Assembly (NCBI GenBank): GCA_022614795.1
Contig: JAKEHX010000154.1
Coordinates: 1 to 34,366, forward strand
Length of the DNA stretch: 34,366 nucleotides
From: Planctomycetaceae bacterium
GTDB taxonomy: Bacteria > Planctomycetota > Planctomycetia > Pirellulales > Pirellulaceae
Direction of reading: 5' to 3'
Positions 1-7,890 of the stretch are shown here, piece by piece. The notes below the pieces were generated by a model. It saw only the letters and a list, made by a program, of their open reading frames with translations, was not told the origin of the DNA and searched no databases. Each line of letters starts with the position of its first letter. Position 1 is the first letter of the stretch. Made by a program: the position numbers and the translations under genes.

Positions 1-1585
1 ATTCCAAGGGGCCGCCTCCCTGCACCGCGCCGCTGGCCACGTCGCGGATGAACTGGCCGAACAATCCGAGCACCGCGGCCGAGAGGGTCGCCATCATCGC
101 GACGCTGCCGTTTAGGAACGTGCTGAACGTGACGCCGAATGCCGTGACCAGCAGCATTTGCAGCCAGATGCTCAGGTAGGCCTTCGCGAAGTTGAGCTCG
201 AAGGTGCTGTCGCTGGAGCGGAGATAAACGTCCGCCTGGGCAACGCCGAAATACTGGGCCGCTTCGACACAGCGGATCTCGACCTCGACGCGGCCGTCGG
301 ACGAAACCAGGTCGCGGAACAGATCGAGCTTGCCCCCCCTGCCTGCGCCGGTTTCCGAGTTCAATTCGCGTTTAATCAGCTCCTGCTGCGACGTGTATTC
401 CTTCGATTCAAACAGGATCGGGCCGCTGCGCTTGATCGGGGCGGCTGGATCGGGATTGCGGATCACGATTTCGCCCAGGATGCCCGATTCGATATCGCCC
501 TTATAGCTGCGAAACACCCGCAGGTTCATCTCCAGAGGCAAGCCATCGGGATACCGCTGGGGCGTAATCCCTTCGAACGTCCAGATGGCGGCCGCTTTCG
601 ATGCTCCACCGGCAGGCCCCCCCTCGATAAAGCCGCGATACATCCATTCGTTGCCGACGTTGATCCCTTGTCCCGGCTTGCCCTCGCGGTCGAGGATGAC
701 CAGCTTGCCGAAGGTCGGCGCGCGGGCGATGAGCTGTTCGACCGGCGGACCGACGCGGACGGTCGCGCTGGCTCCATCGCCGATCAGCTCGACATCGTGC
801 CGGTGGCCATTGACGACGTTGGTCTGCCCTTTGCCGTCGGCGTCAATGGTCACCGTGTGGCGATGAAAGTTGTCGAAACTCGTCGCGCCGCGGCGGACGG
901 CGCCGTCGGGCGTAGTTTCCTCGACCAGGTCGGCCGCGACTACCACGTGGTCGTGCGATAGCCCTCGGCGTACGAAAATATAGCTGATCAGGCCCATCCC
1001 CAGCAGCATCGCTGTGCCAACCGCGATAAAGCCGAGCGAGCGCCCCAGGACAATTTCGCCTGCGCGGATCGGCTTGGTGACGACCGTGTAAATCGTGCGA
1101 TTCTTGATGTCGTTGGGAATACTGAAGGTGCTGAGGATCAAGGCCATGAGCAGCGCCAGGTAGTTCGTTGCTCCGAGGACGAAGCTCACGTACACGCGGG
1201 CCGGATTGCTGTTCTTCACGTCCAAAAACAGGCCCGCGAAGAGCAGCAGCACGATAAACACCCCAAAGCCGAAAAGCACGCGATTGCGAATGGCCTCTTG
1301 CACGGCCAGGCGGGCGACGGCCAGGGTGCGGAGGAACGAGAACCGCGGCAGATCGTCGGTGACGGCCGAAAACAGGGCCCGGTACACGTAGTAGAATGCT
1401 TCGCTCGGCCCGTAGCGGAACGACGCGATGATAAAGCACAAAAACGGCACGACCAGGAGGATCAGGAAGCAGATGGCGATCGTGCCCCACAGAAATCCCC
1501 AGGTCTCGGGCTGAAAGAAGGTCTGCTTGACGGTGTCGCCCACCAACCAGGTCCAGAAGTTCGGAATGCCGCGTTCGAGAGTCAT
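1..1585 (-). CDS. ABC-2-type transporter permease with a large extracytoplasmic loop (partial; C-terminus lies beyond the left window edge)
   Basis: Absent from the ORF track because it has no in-window stop. My reverse-strand translation from ATG 1585-1583 reads MTLERGIPNFWTWLVGDTVKQTFFQPETWGFLWGTIAICFLILLVVPFLCFIIASF... and stays open to position 2. Hydrophobic helices sit at both ends (e.g. YLSIWLQMLLVTAFGVTFSTFLNGSVAMMATLSAAVLGLFGQF) around a soluble loop of about 300 aa. It lies 105 nt downstream of the ABC ATPase on the same strand. Confidence 0.75.
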   Translation of the reverse strand, partial: MTLERGIPNFWTWLVGDTVKQTFFQPETWGFLWGTIAICFLILLVVPFLCFIIASFRYGPSEAFYYVYRALFSAVTDDLPRFSFLRTLAVARLAVQEAIRNRVLFGFGVFIVLLLFAGLFLDVKNSNPARVYVSFVLGATNYLALLMALILSTFSIPNDIKNRTIYTVVTKPIRAGEIVLGRSLGFIAVGTAMLLGMGLISYIFVRRGLSHDHVVVAADLVEETTPDGAVRRGATSFDNFHRHTVTIDADGKGQTNVVNGHRHDVELIGDGASATVRVGPPVEQLIARAPTFGKLVILDREGKPGQGINVGNEWMYRGFIEGGPAGGASKAAAIWTFEGITPQRYPDGLPLEMNLRVFRSYKGDIESGILGEIVIRNPDPAAPIKRSGPILFESKEYTSQQELIKRELNSETGAGRGGKLDLFRDLVSSDGRVEVEIRCVEAAQYFGVAQADVYLRSSDSTFELNFAKAYLSIWLQMLLVTAFGVTFSTFLNGSVAMMATLSAAVLGLFGQFIRDVASGAVQGGGPLE

Positions 1586-1648
1586 GCGAGGGCTGTCTGT
1601 CGGTCAGAAAGATGGATTAAGTGAGCTGCGGGAGCGGGCTTGATGAAC

Positions 1649-1707
1649 TGTGCCCAGCCTATATTGTGCCCAGCCTATATTGTGCCCAGCCTATTTGTGC
1701 CCAGCCC
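1649..1707. repeat. Tandem direct repeat, about 3.7 copies of the 16-nt unit TGTGCCCAGCCTATAT
   Basis: Read directly: 1649-1664 and 1665-1680 are identical. 1681-1695 lacks one base and 1696-1707 is a partial copy. The array spans the ATPase stop codon (1691-1693) and the ATPase-permease spacer. Confidence 0.85.
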
Positions 1708-2617
1708 GGCGGCCCGGACGGGCTTCGCTGTCGCGAACGATATTGAGGAACAGCTCTTCCAGCGAGAGCGTCGGATGATCGACGGCGACGACTTCGCCCC
1801 CATGCCGCGCGATGACGGCCCGGATCTCTTCTTCGCAAGCTTTGCTCAGCCCTTTGGCCTTGAACTGGGTGACATCTTGCACGGTGAGCAGTTCTTCGAC
1901 GCGGCCGAGCTCTTTCAGCTCGCCCTGGTGGAGAATCGCGATGCGGTCGCAAACGTCTTCGACGTCGCCCAGCTGATGGCTGCTCATGACGATCGTTTTG
2001 CCCTGGGCGCGCAGCCTCAGGATCATGTCCTTCATTTCGCGGATGCCGATCGGGTCCAGGCCGGAGGTGGGCTCGTCGAGAAGGATCAGCTCGGGATCGT
2101 TGATCAGGGCCTGGGCCAGGCCGATGCGGCGGGTCATGCCCTTGGAATATTCGCGGAGCTGGCGGCGGCGGGCCCAATTGAGGCCGACCATTTCAATCAG
2201 CTCGTTGGCCCGCTCCCGGCGTGTGGCGGCCGACATGTCGAACAGCCGGCCGTAGAAATCGAGCGTTTCCTCGGCGTTCAGGAACTTATAGAGGTACGAC
2301 TCTTCCGGGAGATAGCCGATCCGCTCGTTCTTGCTGACCTCGGTGGCCTCTTTGCCGAAGACCAGGGCCTGGCCGTTGGTCGGAAAAAGCAAGCCGAGCA
2401 GGAGCTTGATCGTGGTCGATTTGCCCGAGCCGTTGGGACCCAGAAGGCCGAAGATCTCGCCGCGGCGGACTTCGAGGTCGAGGGCGTTGAGGGCCCGCAC
2501 TTTCTGGCGGCCCCAGAAGTCGCGGTAGATTTTTGTCAGGCTGCGGGTCTCAATCACGACATCCGTCGATGCTTTGACGGATGTGGGTGATGCCGGCTCG
2601 GCAAATGTGGTGGCCAT
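1691..2617 (-). CDS. ABC transporter ATP-binding protein
   Basis: 308-aa ORF with Walker [10 protein letters not shown], an ABC-signature-like [15 protein letters not shown] and Walker [16 protein letters not shown] start at 2617. Confidence 0.95.
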   Translation of the reverse strand: MATTFAEPASPTSVKASTDVVIETRSLTKIYRDFWGRQKVRALNALDLEVRRGEIFGLLGPNGSGKSTTIKLLLGLLFPTNGQALVFGKEATEVSKNERIGYLPEESYLYKFLNAEETLDFYGRLFDMSAATRRERANELIEMVGLNWARRRQLREYSKGMTRRIGLAQALINDPELILLDEPTSGLDPIGIREMKDMILRLRAQGKTIVMSSHQLGDVEDVCDRIAILHQGELKELGRVEELLTVQDVTQFKAKGLSKACEEEIRAVIARHGGEVVAVDHPTLSLEELFLNIVRDSEARPGRRAGHK

Positions 2618-3576
2618 GCGTAACGGACGAGATGAGGGAACGAGGATTTATGAACTGAAAAAATGCAACCCGATGCAGTAGCCGGTGCGACCAGCGATAA
2701 GGTACGGCTGGATAAGCCTTTGCGCAGCCCGCCGCCAGCAAGCACTGCGCAGCATTTACGAGCTACTACTCCCAGCGCCGGCGACTGTCACTACGCCGGT
2801 GTCCGGGGGGAGGTTCAAGCTGGGTTGTAATTTCTCCAAGTCCGGCTGGCAGGATGGAAAACCGACAATCCAGCCGAATTCACCACTATAAGGGCCGTTG
2901 GCGGACCATGCAAGGATCGCCGTAAGTGGTTGCAGCGGAAGGAGCTACGGCGAGGCGCTGGCAACATCGAGCCGGGCCGCAAGCGATGGACAGCTCCTGA
3001 CAAGCCTTGTCGTACCCGGGAAAGAGTTACAACGCACGGGCCTGTGCCAGAGCCGTGGAGTTGTCGGCTTTTGAATCCGCAGGCAATGCTGCAACCGACT
3101 GGCCGACAATGACTTACGCACTCGTCACGCCGTTGACAGGCATCCTAGAACGACACTTTGGCACGGTGGTTGCTTTAAGGTCTGTCAGCGACGGACGGCT
3201 GAGAGGCAGCCGTCAGGATGGAACCGCGATCCCACGTCAGCAAGGAGGTATGCCTATTTGCAGACAACCGTCCGCCCAACGAGGCGAGACGGACCATCTT
3301 GGCCGCGATTGGGTAGAGTTGCGGCCTGGATTCCCGCCCAATTTCCTTCCCGCCTGGATGGGGCCGCACGGATTTCCCGCTTCCGCGCGGCCCTCTCTTT
3401 TTCTTGGGGTCGCCATCGCCATTTTCGCTGGCGTACCAAGCTCGCAGCGCTCCGGGCGGGTGTTGGCTTTCGCTGAGAGGCCGGCGTTCCGCGGTCTGAT
3501 GACTCAAGAACCTTCACGATTTGCCCGATGCGGTAGAGGGACCTGGGTTAGTATGTGTGGTGAGGAGGGAGACCTC

Positions 3577-4107
3577 ATGAGGCGACGACGGTTCGCAGAC
3601 GGCTGCTTGGCCGTACTGGCTGTGGGTTTGGTGGCGTGTCAGGCGGTGGCCGCCGAACAGCCAGCAACGCCGGTCCAGACGCACGAGCGGCTGCTGGGAT
3701 TGATCAACAAATCTCGCTCCTCCGGCCCTGCCAGTCTCACCTCCGACGAGATGGTGGAGTTGTATTCCGCCGAGCAATCCCTTGATCCCAGCGGCATCGG
3801 CTATTTCGACGAGCTGATGTGGTGGTGGGCAGCCCAGAGCGGACTTGACGAAGTGGCCGCCGCTAGCAAGTTGACGACCTCATTTGAGCAGAAACTGGGT
3901 GCGGCGCCGGCAGGCTTTCGAGAGCGGTTAGTCCTCGCCTTGAATGGTCTGCCGGCCACTGGCCGTACTGTCTATTTGCCGCCGGCCTATGTAGTTTCCG
4001 GTCCGGCCTACCGCGTGCGGCCTGTCCTGGTTCCGGGAAAATCCAGGTTTGGAATCACGGAAAAGGACGGCATCAGCCGGCGCAGCATTTTCCAACCAGT
4101 ACCTTAG
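3577..4107 (+). CDS. Hypothetical exported protein, probable lipoprotein
   Basis: Internal ATG of track ORF 3007..4107, preceded by GAGGAGGGA 7-8 nt upstream. The N-terminus MRRRRFADGCLAVLAVGLVAC has a basic n-region, a hydrophobic core and a lipobox-like LVAC. The upstream 190 codons of the track ORF do not look protein-like. Confidence 0.6.
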   Translation: MRRRRFADGCLAVLAVGLVACQAVAAEQPATPVQTHERLLGLINKSRSSGPASLTSDEMVELYSAEQSLDPSGIGYFDELMWWWAAQSGLDEVAAASKLTTSFEQKLGAAPAGFRERLVLALNGLPATGRTVYLPPAYVVSGPAYRVRPVLVPGKSRFGITEKDGISRRSIFQPVP

Positions 4108-4252
4108 CGGGTCGAAACCGGGTTGCCCTTAATGGTTGCAATGATTGGATGAAGTCTGCTGATCCGGCGGACCGATGCTCGCCAATAGCGTCCCTGTTCC
4201 CATTGTCTGAAGGGCTTGGGCGGGGGAGCTGGCTGCGCGCTGGGGGGCGCCA

Positions 4253-5893
4253 ATGGGTCATTCAATGGGGAGGGGCCTGCGGCCTCCGCCGACAAGCGCC
4301 TGGATGTCGCCCTGCCTGCTTGTCGCGCTAAGCATGGCGGCCATCGTCGCTCCGGTACGGGCCGATGAACTGGGTGCGCAAGCGGCACAGCCGCCCGCTC
4401 AGCCGTCGTTGGCCCAAAGCCTGATTGACTCGCATAGCGACATCGCGTGGCGGACGCTCAGCCGGGGGAACCTGGAGCGTGCCGAGGCGATGTTTCGGGA
4501 CATCTTGCAGCGCGATCCAGATCGGCCCCGTGAGATCGCGGGCCTCTCCGCGGCGCTGGCACGGCAAGGCAAGTTTGAAGATGCCATCGGCGTGCTGGAC
4601 GCAGGCGTCGCGAGATTTCCAAATAGCGCGCTGCTCGCGTCGGCGCTGGGCCAGGCCTATCTTCAGTCCCAGGACAATCAGGCGGCCATGCATTGGCTCG
4701 AGCGGGCCTACGACCTGGACCCGGCGGCGCCTGACGTGCCGTATTTCCTGGGTTCGTCCTACCTGCGATGCGAGTTGCCGCTATCGGCTTTGGACGTGCT
4801 CTGCGGCGCCGAGACGTCGCGCCAGGAGATGGCCTGGTCGCAAGACCTGGCCATCGGGACCGCCTTCAGCCAGTTGGGCCTGGAATGCCAGGCGAGCGGG
4901 TATTTCATGGGCGTTTATGAGGAGGCGCGGGACACGCCGCTGGCCGAGCGCGCCATGCAGCTTCAGGACCAAATGGACGATGCGCTCCTCGGGCGGCCGT
5001 ATTGGCGCGGCTCCCTGAAGGTGACGGAGCGCTACGACGACAATCCGGGCATCGTCCCGGTTGCGGATGCGATGAGTGTTCCACTCTCCAGCCAGCCCTC
5101 GGCGGGCAATCTGTACGCACTTGACCTGGCGCACGATCTGGTCCGCGAGTACAACTACGACCTCACCGCGGGTTACTCGTTCCTGCACACCAATAACTAC
5201 GTGGCACACCAGTTCGACCTGGTCGATAACGGCCTGTACCTGGCCTCGGTGCGGCGCGGCTATTGGCGGGGGCGGCCGACGCAGACGGGCGTCCGTCTGG
5301 ACTACGACCACATGTTCCTGGGTAGTGAAGATTTCCTCCAGCGGCTGATTGTCACCCCGTCGCTGACGCTGATCGAGTCGGATTGGGATGCGACCGTCCT
5401 CATGGTGCGCTATACGCTGTTCGATTTTCTCGGGCAGGGAGCGTTGAACGGAACGCCCTTCGACCTGGACGGCGATACGCTCCTCTTGGGCATCGACCAG
5501 CGGCGCCAGCTTGCCGGCCGCAATATGACCCTGATCGCGGGCTACCACTTCGACCAGCATTTCTCGGAGGGTTCCAACTACGACTACAGCGGCCACATGC
5601 TGCGGACTGGCGCCGAGTGGGAAACGCCGCTCCACGGCCTGCGGATCAACCTGCTGGGTGAGATCTACTTCCGCTCGTACGAAAACCCCAACAGCATCTT
5701 TGGCATCTTCCGGGACGACGAGGAATATCAGGCCCTGGTGCAGATCGTGTATCCGCTCGGCGACCGGTGGCGCTTGTCGGTCGAATGGGTTTTCGACCGC
5801 AACGACTCGAACCTGGTCACCAACGATTTCCGCCACAACGTGATCGACGCCGGCATCGAATACAATTGGCTGGGCGGCTGCGATGCAGACTAG
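4253..5893 (+). CDS. Outer-membrane protein with an N-terminal TPR domain and a C-terminal beta-barrel (Slam/DUF560-like architecture)
   Basis: Signal peptide CLLVALSMAAIVAPVRA/DE. TPR-like helices span residues ~60-190 (AEAMFRDILQRDPDRPREIAGLSAALARQGKFEDAIGVLDAGV..., NQAAMHWLERAYDLDPAAPDVPYFLGSSYL). The last ~300 aa show alternating hydrophobic/aromatic strand patterns (YALDLAHDLV, YDLTAGYSFLH, LYLASVRRGYW, TGVRLDYDHMF, MTLIAGYHFDQ, RLSVEWVFDRN, IDAGIEYNW). The start could instead be ATG 4304. Confidence 0.75.
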   Translation: MGHSMGRGLRPPPTSAWMSPCLLVALSMAAIVAPVRADELGAQAAQPPAQPSLAQSLIDSHSDIAWRTLSRGNLERAEAMFRDILQRDPDRPREIAGLSAALARQGKFEDAIGVLDAGVARFPNSALLASALGQAYLQSQDNQAAMHWLERAYDLDPAAPDVPYFLGSSYLRCELPLSALDVLCGAETSRQEMAWSQDLAIGTAFSQLGLECQASGYFMGVYEEARDTPLAERAMQLQDQMDDALLGRPYWRGSLKVTERYDDNPGIVPVADAMSVPLSSQPSAGNLYALDLAHDLVREYNYDLTAGYSFLHTNNYVAHQFDLVDNGLYLASVRRGYWRGRPTQTGVRLDYDHMFLGSEDFLQRLIVTPSLTLIESDWDATVLMVRYTLFDFLGQGALNGTPFDLDGDTLLLGIDQRRQLAGRNMTLIAGYHFDQHFSEGSNYDYSGHMLRTGAEWETPLHGLRINLLGEIYFRSYENPNSIFGIFRDDEEYQALVQIVYPLGDRWRLSVEWVFDRNDSNLVTNDFRHNVIDAGIEYNWLGGCDAD

Positions 5894-5921
5894 CCGCTTC
5901 CAGCCGCGGCACGATCGGGAA

Positions 5922-6848
5922 CTATTTGCTGAGCTTGAGCCCCGTCATAGCGCGGGCCCCACCGGCCAGGCCGCCGGTCGTGCGGAGTGCCATCGTGGCG
6001 CCGCCGACTTGCTTCGAGCGAATCGAGCTGCCCAGATTCAGGTGGCTCATGCCGGTGAGTCCGCCGGCCGGCGCGGTCCTGAGTCCCTTCATGGAACCAC
6101 CGGAGCCGGCGCCCATCAGGGGGCCCATCAGGGTGAACGAGTTCTTCCGCCACGCGGGATTCACTAGCTCGGGCGGACCGGGCATTGCGTCGTCCCAGAG
6201 GCCGCCATCCGAGGGCTTGGAGTCGCCGCCATCGCCGCCGCCGCCCTTTTTCTTACCGTGCTTGAGGCCATCTTTGATTTGCCCCCCCAGCGAGCCGCCG
6301 TTGCCGTCGAAGCCGGGCCCGAGGGGATAGCCGGCCCCCGCCCAAAACTCTTCGAATTCCTTTTGCGGCGAGGCGAACTCGATGCTGCTCGGGCTTTGTC
6401 CGCCCGGGGAGTCGCCGGAAGGGTTGTGCAAGGGGCCGATCCCTTTTCCTTTGGAGGTAAGCAGCGTGCCCAGCGGCGTCTGCTCCACGGCTGGGCCGCT
6501 CAATCCGCCGCCCCCTTTCTGCTTGAGCAGCGCCAGGCGGGAGCCAAAGTCGCCCGGCGCCTCGTCCGGGCCATCCGGACTGGGATTGATGAAGCCGACC
6601 TCCAGCGTATTACCATCTGAGTCGAAGTGCTCCCAGTAAAACTGGTCGAAGTCCGCGTCGTAATACACATTCAGAAAAGTACCGTCATCGAAGCTTGCTT
6701 GATAGATGGGCGTCTCCGCCATCGCGTGCTGCGGCGCGGCCGCCAACGTTAAAGCAAGCATCGCGCCGCAGGCCACTTGCGCAACCATTCGCCGGCTTGT
6801 CACCAAGGCGAAGCACCACATCAGGTTCTGGAATGTGCTAGTTAACAT
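5922..6848 (-). CDS. Glycine-rich secreted protein, paralog 1 (C-terminal tail TGLKLSK)
   Basis: Start trimmed from track ORF 5922..6959 to ATG 6848 (MLTSTFQNLMWCFALVTSRRMVAQVACGAMLALTLAAAPQHAMA/ETP), with GAGGAG 8 nt upstream. It aligns along its full length with the 6997..7890 product. Shared blocks are L(L/A)KQKGG, TPLG.(L/I)L, P(P/N)PELVNP, (N/K)SF.L and a GLKLS[KR] terminus. Confidence 0.7.
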   Translation of the reverse strand: MLTSTFQNLMWCFALVTSRRMVAQVACGAMLALTLAAAPQHAMAETPIYQASFDDGTFLNVYYDADFDQFYWEHFDSDGNTLEVGFINPSPDGPDEAPGDFGSRLALLKQKGGGGLSGPAVEQTPLGTLLTSKGKGIGPLHNPSGDSPGGQSPSSIEFASPQKEFEEFWAGAGYPLGPGFDGNGGSLGGQIKDGLKHGKKKGGGGDGGDSKPSDGGLWDDAMPGPPELVNPAWRKNSFTLMGPLMGAGSGGSMKGLRTAPAGGLTGMSHLNLGSSIRSKQVGGATMALRTTGGLAGGARAMTGLKLSK

Positions 6849-6985
6849 GGCGAGTCTCCTCGTCGGCAGGGAGTGATCTTTAGGCCGCGCGACGGCCGAA
6901 CGTCGCTGCATTGCTCGCACTGGCCGCACCCGCAATCGGCCTTTCCCTGCCGAGCGCACGAATCCGAAGTTTGTGACATCACTCG
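6849..6985 (-). promoter_or_regulatory. Conserved 5' leader, copy 1 (upstream of paralog 1)
   Basis: Shares identity blocks with 7997-8120: AACATGGCGAGTCT(C/T)CTCGTCGGCAGG, ACGGCCGAACGTC, GCACCCGC, CCTTTCCCTGCC, GCGCACGAA and GTGAC. It contains a 6-bp hairpin (6889-6906). A long-range pairing CGGCAGGGA/TCCCTGCCG abuts the SD. Confidence 0.5.
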
Positions 6986-6996
6986 TCGAGGCGCTC

Positions 6997-7890
6997 TTAC
7001 CGGCTCAACTTCAGGCCGGTTACAGGACGTGCGGCGCTGCCGATGTTGAGGCCGCCGCTAGACCGGAGGGCCGACGCACCGTGCATCGTTGTGGCAGAGC
7101 GGCCAACCCACTTGGTCTGGCTAAATCCGCCGGAGCCGAAGGTCATTTTCGCGCTTAGGCCCTGGGAGGCTCCGCGAGGACTGACGGCCATCGTGGGCGG
7201 CACAAGTATGAAGCTCTTTTGAATGGGCACCGGATTCACCAGCTCCGGGTTGGCGGGATATTGGCCGTCATAGAAGCCATGGTCTTCCTTGTGGCCATCG
7301 TCGCCACCGCCGTTATTGTTATTGCCGTTGCCGTGGTTCGTTTTAATCTGCTCCGAGAGCGGGCCGCCGTTGGGATCGATGGAGCCCCCGCCTGCGCCGC
7401 CCCCTTCCCAGCCGGCATCGCGAAACACGTCGGCCGGATTCCAATGGGAAACGATCGTCCCGCCTTGACGGATCAGAATGTCGCCCAGCGGCGTCTTGAA
7501 CGCGTTGGGTCGGAATTCGAATTGCCCCCCCTTCTGCTTGGCAAGCTGGAGCAAGCCGTCCCGATCGCTGGGCCCCTCGGTGCCGGTGCCGTACACCGGG
7601 TCGGCCGGATTATCGACATCTTCGATCGGATACCAGACGTAGAACTCGTCCGACTCATACTTGACAACATACCACCAGGTGTGGCTGCCGTCGTCCTCTT
7701 CATACTCGACGACAGCGTGCGTCTTCTCGCCATCGTTCATCTGCCACCAGACGGTTGTGTCCGCCGCAACATCGCCGATCGGAAACGCGAGCAGCACAAC
7801 AGCCGCCAAGGCGCATAGAGCGGATGACCGAAACGCGAGGTGGCTCGCCCGGCGGCGTGACGAAATCGTGATTGTGTGGTCCCTAAACAT
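6997..7890 (-). CDS. Glycine-rich secreted protein, paralog 2 (C-terminal tail TGLKLSR)
   Basis: 297-aa ORF with ATG at 7890. Signal peptide RRRASHLAFRSSALCALAAVVLLAFPIGDVAA/DTT. It has an aromatic/acidic N-domain, a Gly/Asn-rich centre (NHGNGNNNNGGGDDGH) and a Gly/Ser-rich C-terminus. Paralogous to 5922..6848. Confidence 0.7.
   Translation of the reverse strand: MFRDHTITISSRRRASHLAFRSSALCALAAVVLLAFPIGDVAADTTVWWQMNDGEKTHAVVEYEEDDGSHTWWYVVKYESDEFYVWYPIEDVDNPADPVYGTGTEGPSDRDGLLQLAKQKGGQFEFRPNAFKTPLGDILIRQGGTIVSHWNPADVFRDAGWEGGGAGGGSIDPNGGPLSEQIKTNHGNGNNNNGGGDDGHKEDHGFYDGQYPANPELVNPVPIQKSFILVPPTMAVSPRGASQGLSAKMTFGSGGFSQTKWVGRSATTMHGASALRSSGGLNIGSAARPVTGLKLSR

Noticed and set aside
158-961. Long plus-strand ORF (267 aa), plus the other track ORFs at 526..777, 585..866, 843..1490 and 1298..1624
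   Set aside because: These are shadow frames opposite or overlapping the permease gene. The products are Arg/Ala/Gly/Asp-rich with no motifs, while the minus frame starting at 1585 gives a coherent membrane protein.
1649-1707. Possibility that the 16-nt repeats are a CRISPR array
   Set aside because: The units are directly abutting with no spacers, the repeat is too short, and there are no cas genes.
1640-2590. 316-aa plus-strand ORF antisense to the ABC ATPase
   Set aside because: The opposite strand carries unmistakable Walker A, signature and Walker B motifs. This frame is a typical high-GC antisense ORF.
2830-3350. Possible RNase P RNA, tmRNA, SRP RNA or tRNA-like element
   Set aside because: Fragments such as AAGTCCGGCT, CGGCTTTT and CTGGATTCCCGCC superficially recall P4 strands or T-arms. 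However, the conserved ACAGAA/GGTGAAA contexts, a canonical TTCRA T-loop, a tag-peptide frame and the SRP GGAAG...AGCA motif are all missing.
3007-3576. N-terminal 190 codons of track ORF 3007..4107
   Set aside because: The composition is not protein-like. A much better start at 3577 has GAGGAGG upstream and yields an immediate signal peptide and lipobox.
4781-5836. 351-aa minus-strand ORF inside the TPR/beta-barrel gene
   Set aside because: It is an antisense shadow ORF. The plus frame has a signal peptide, TPR helices and barrel-strand periodicity.
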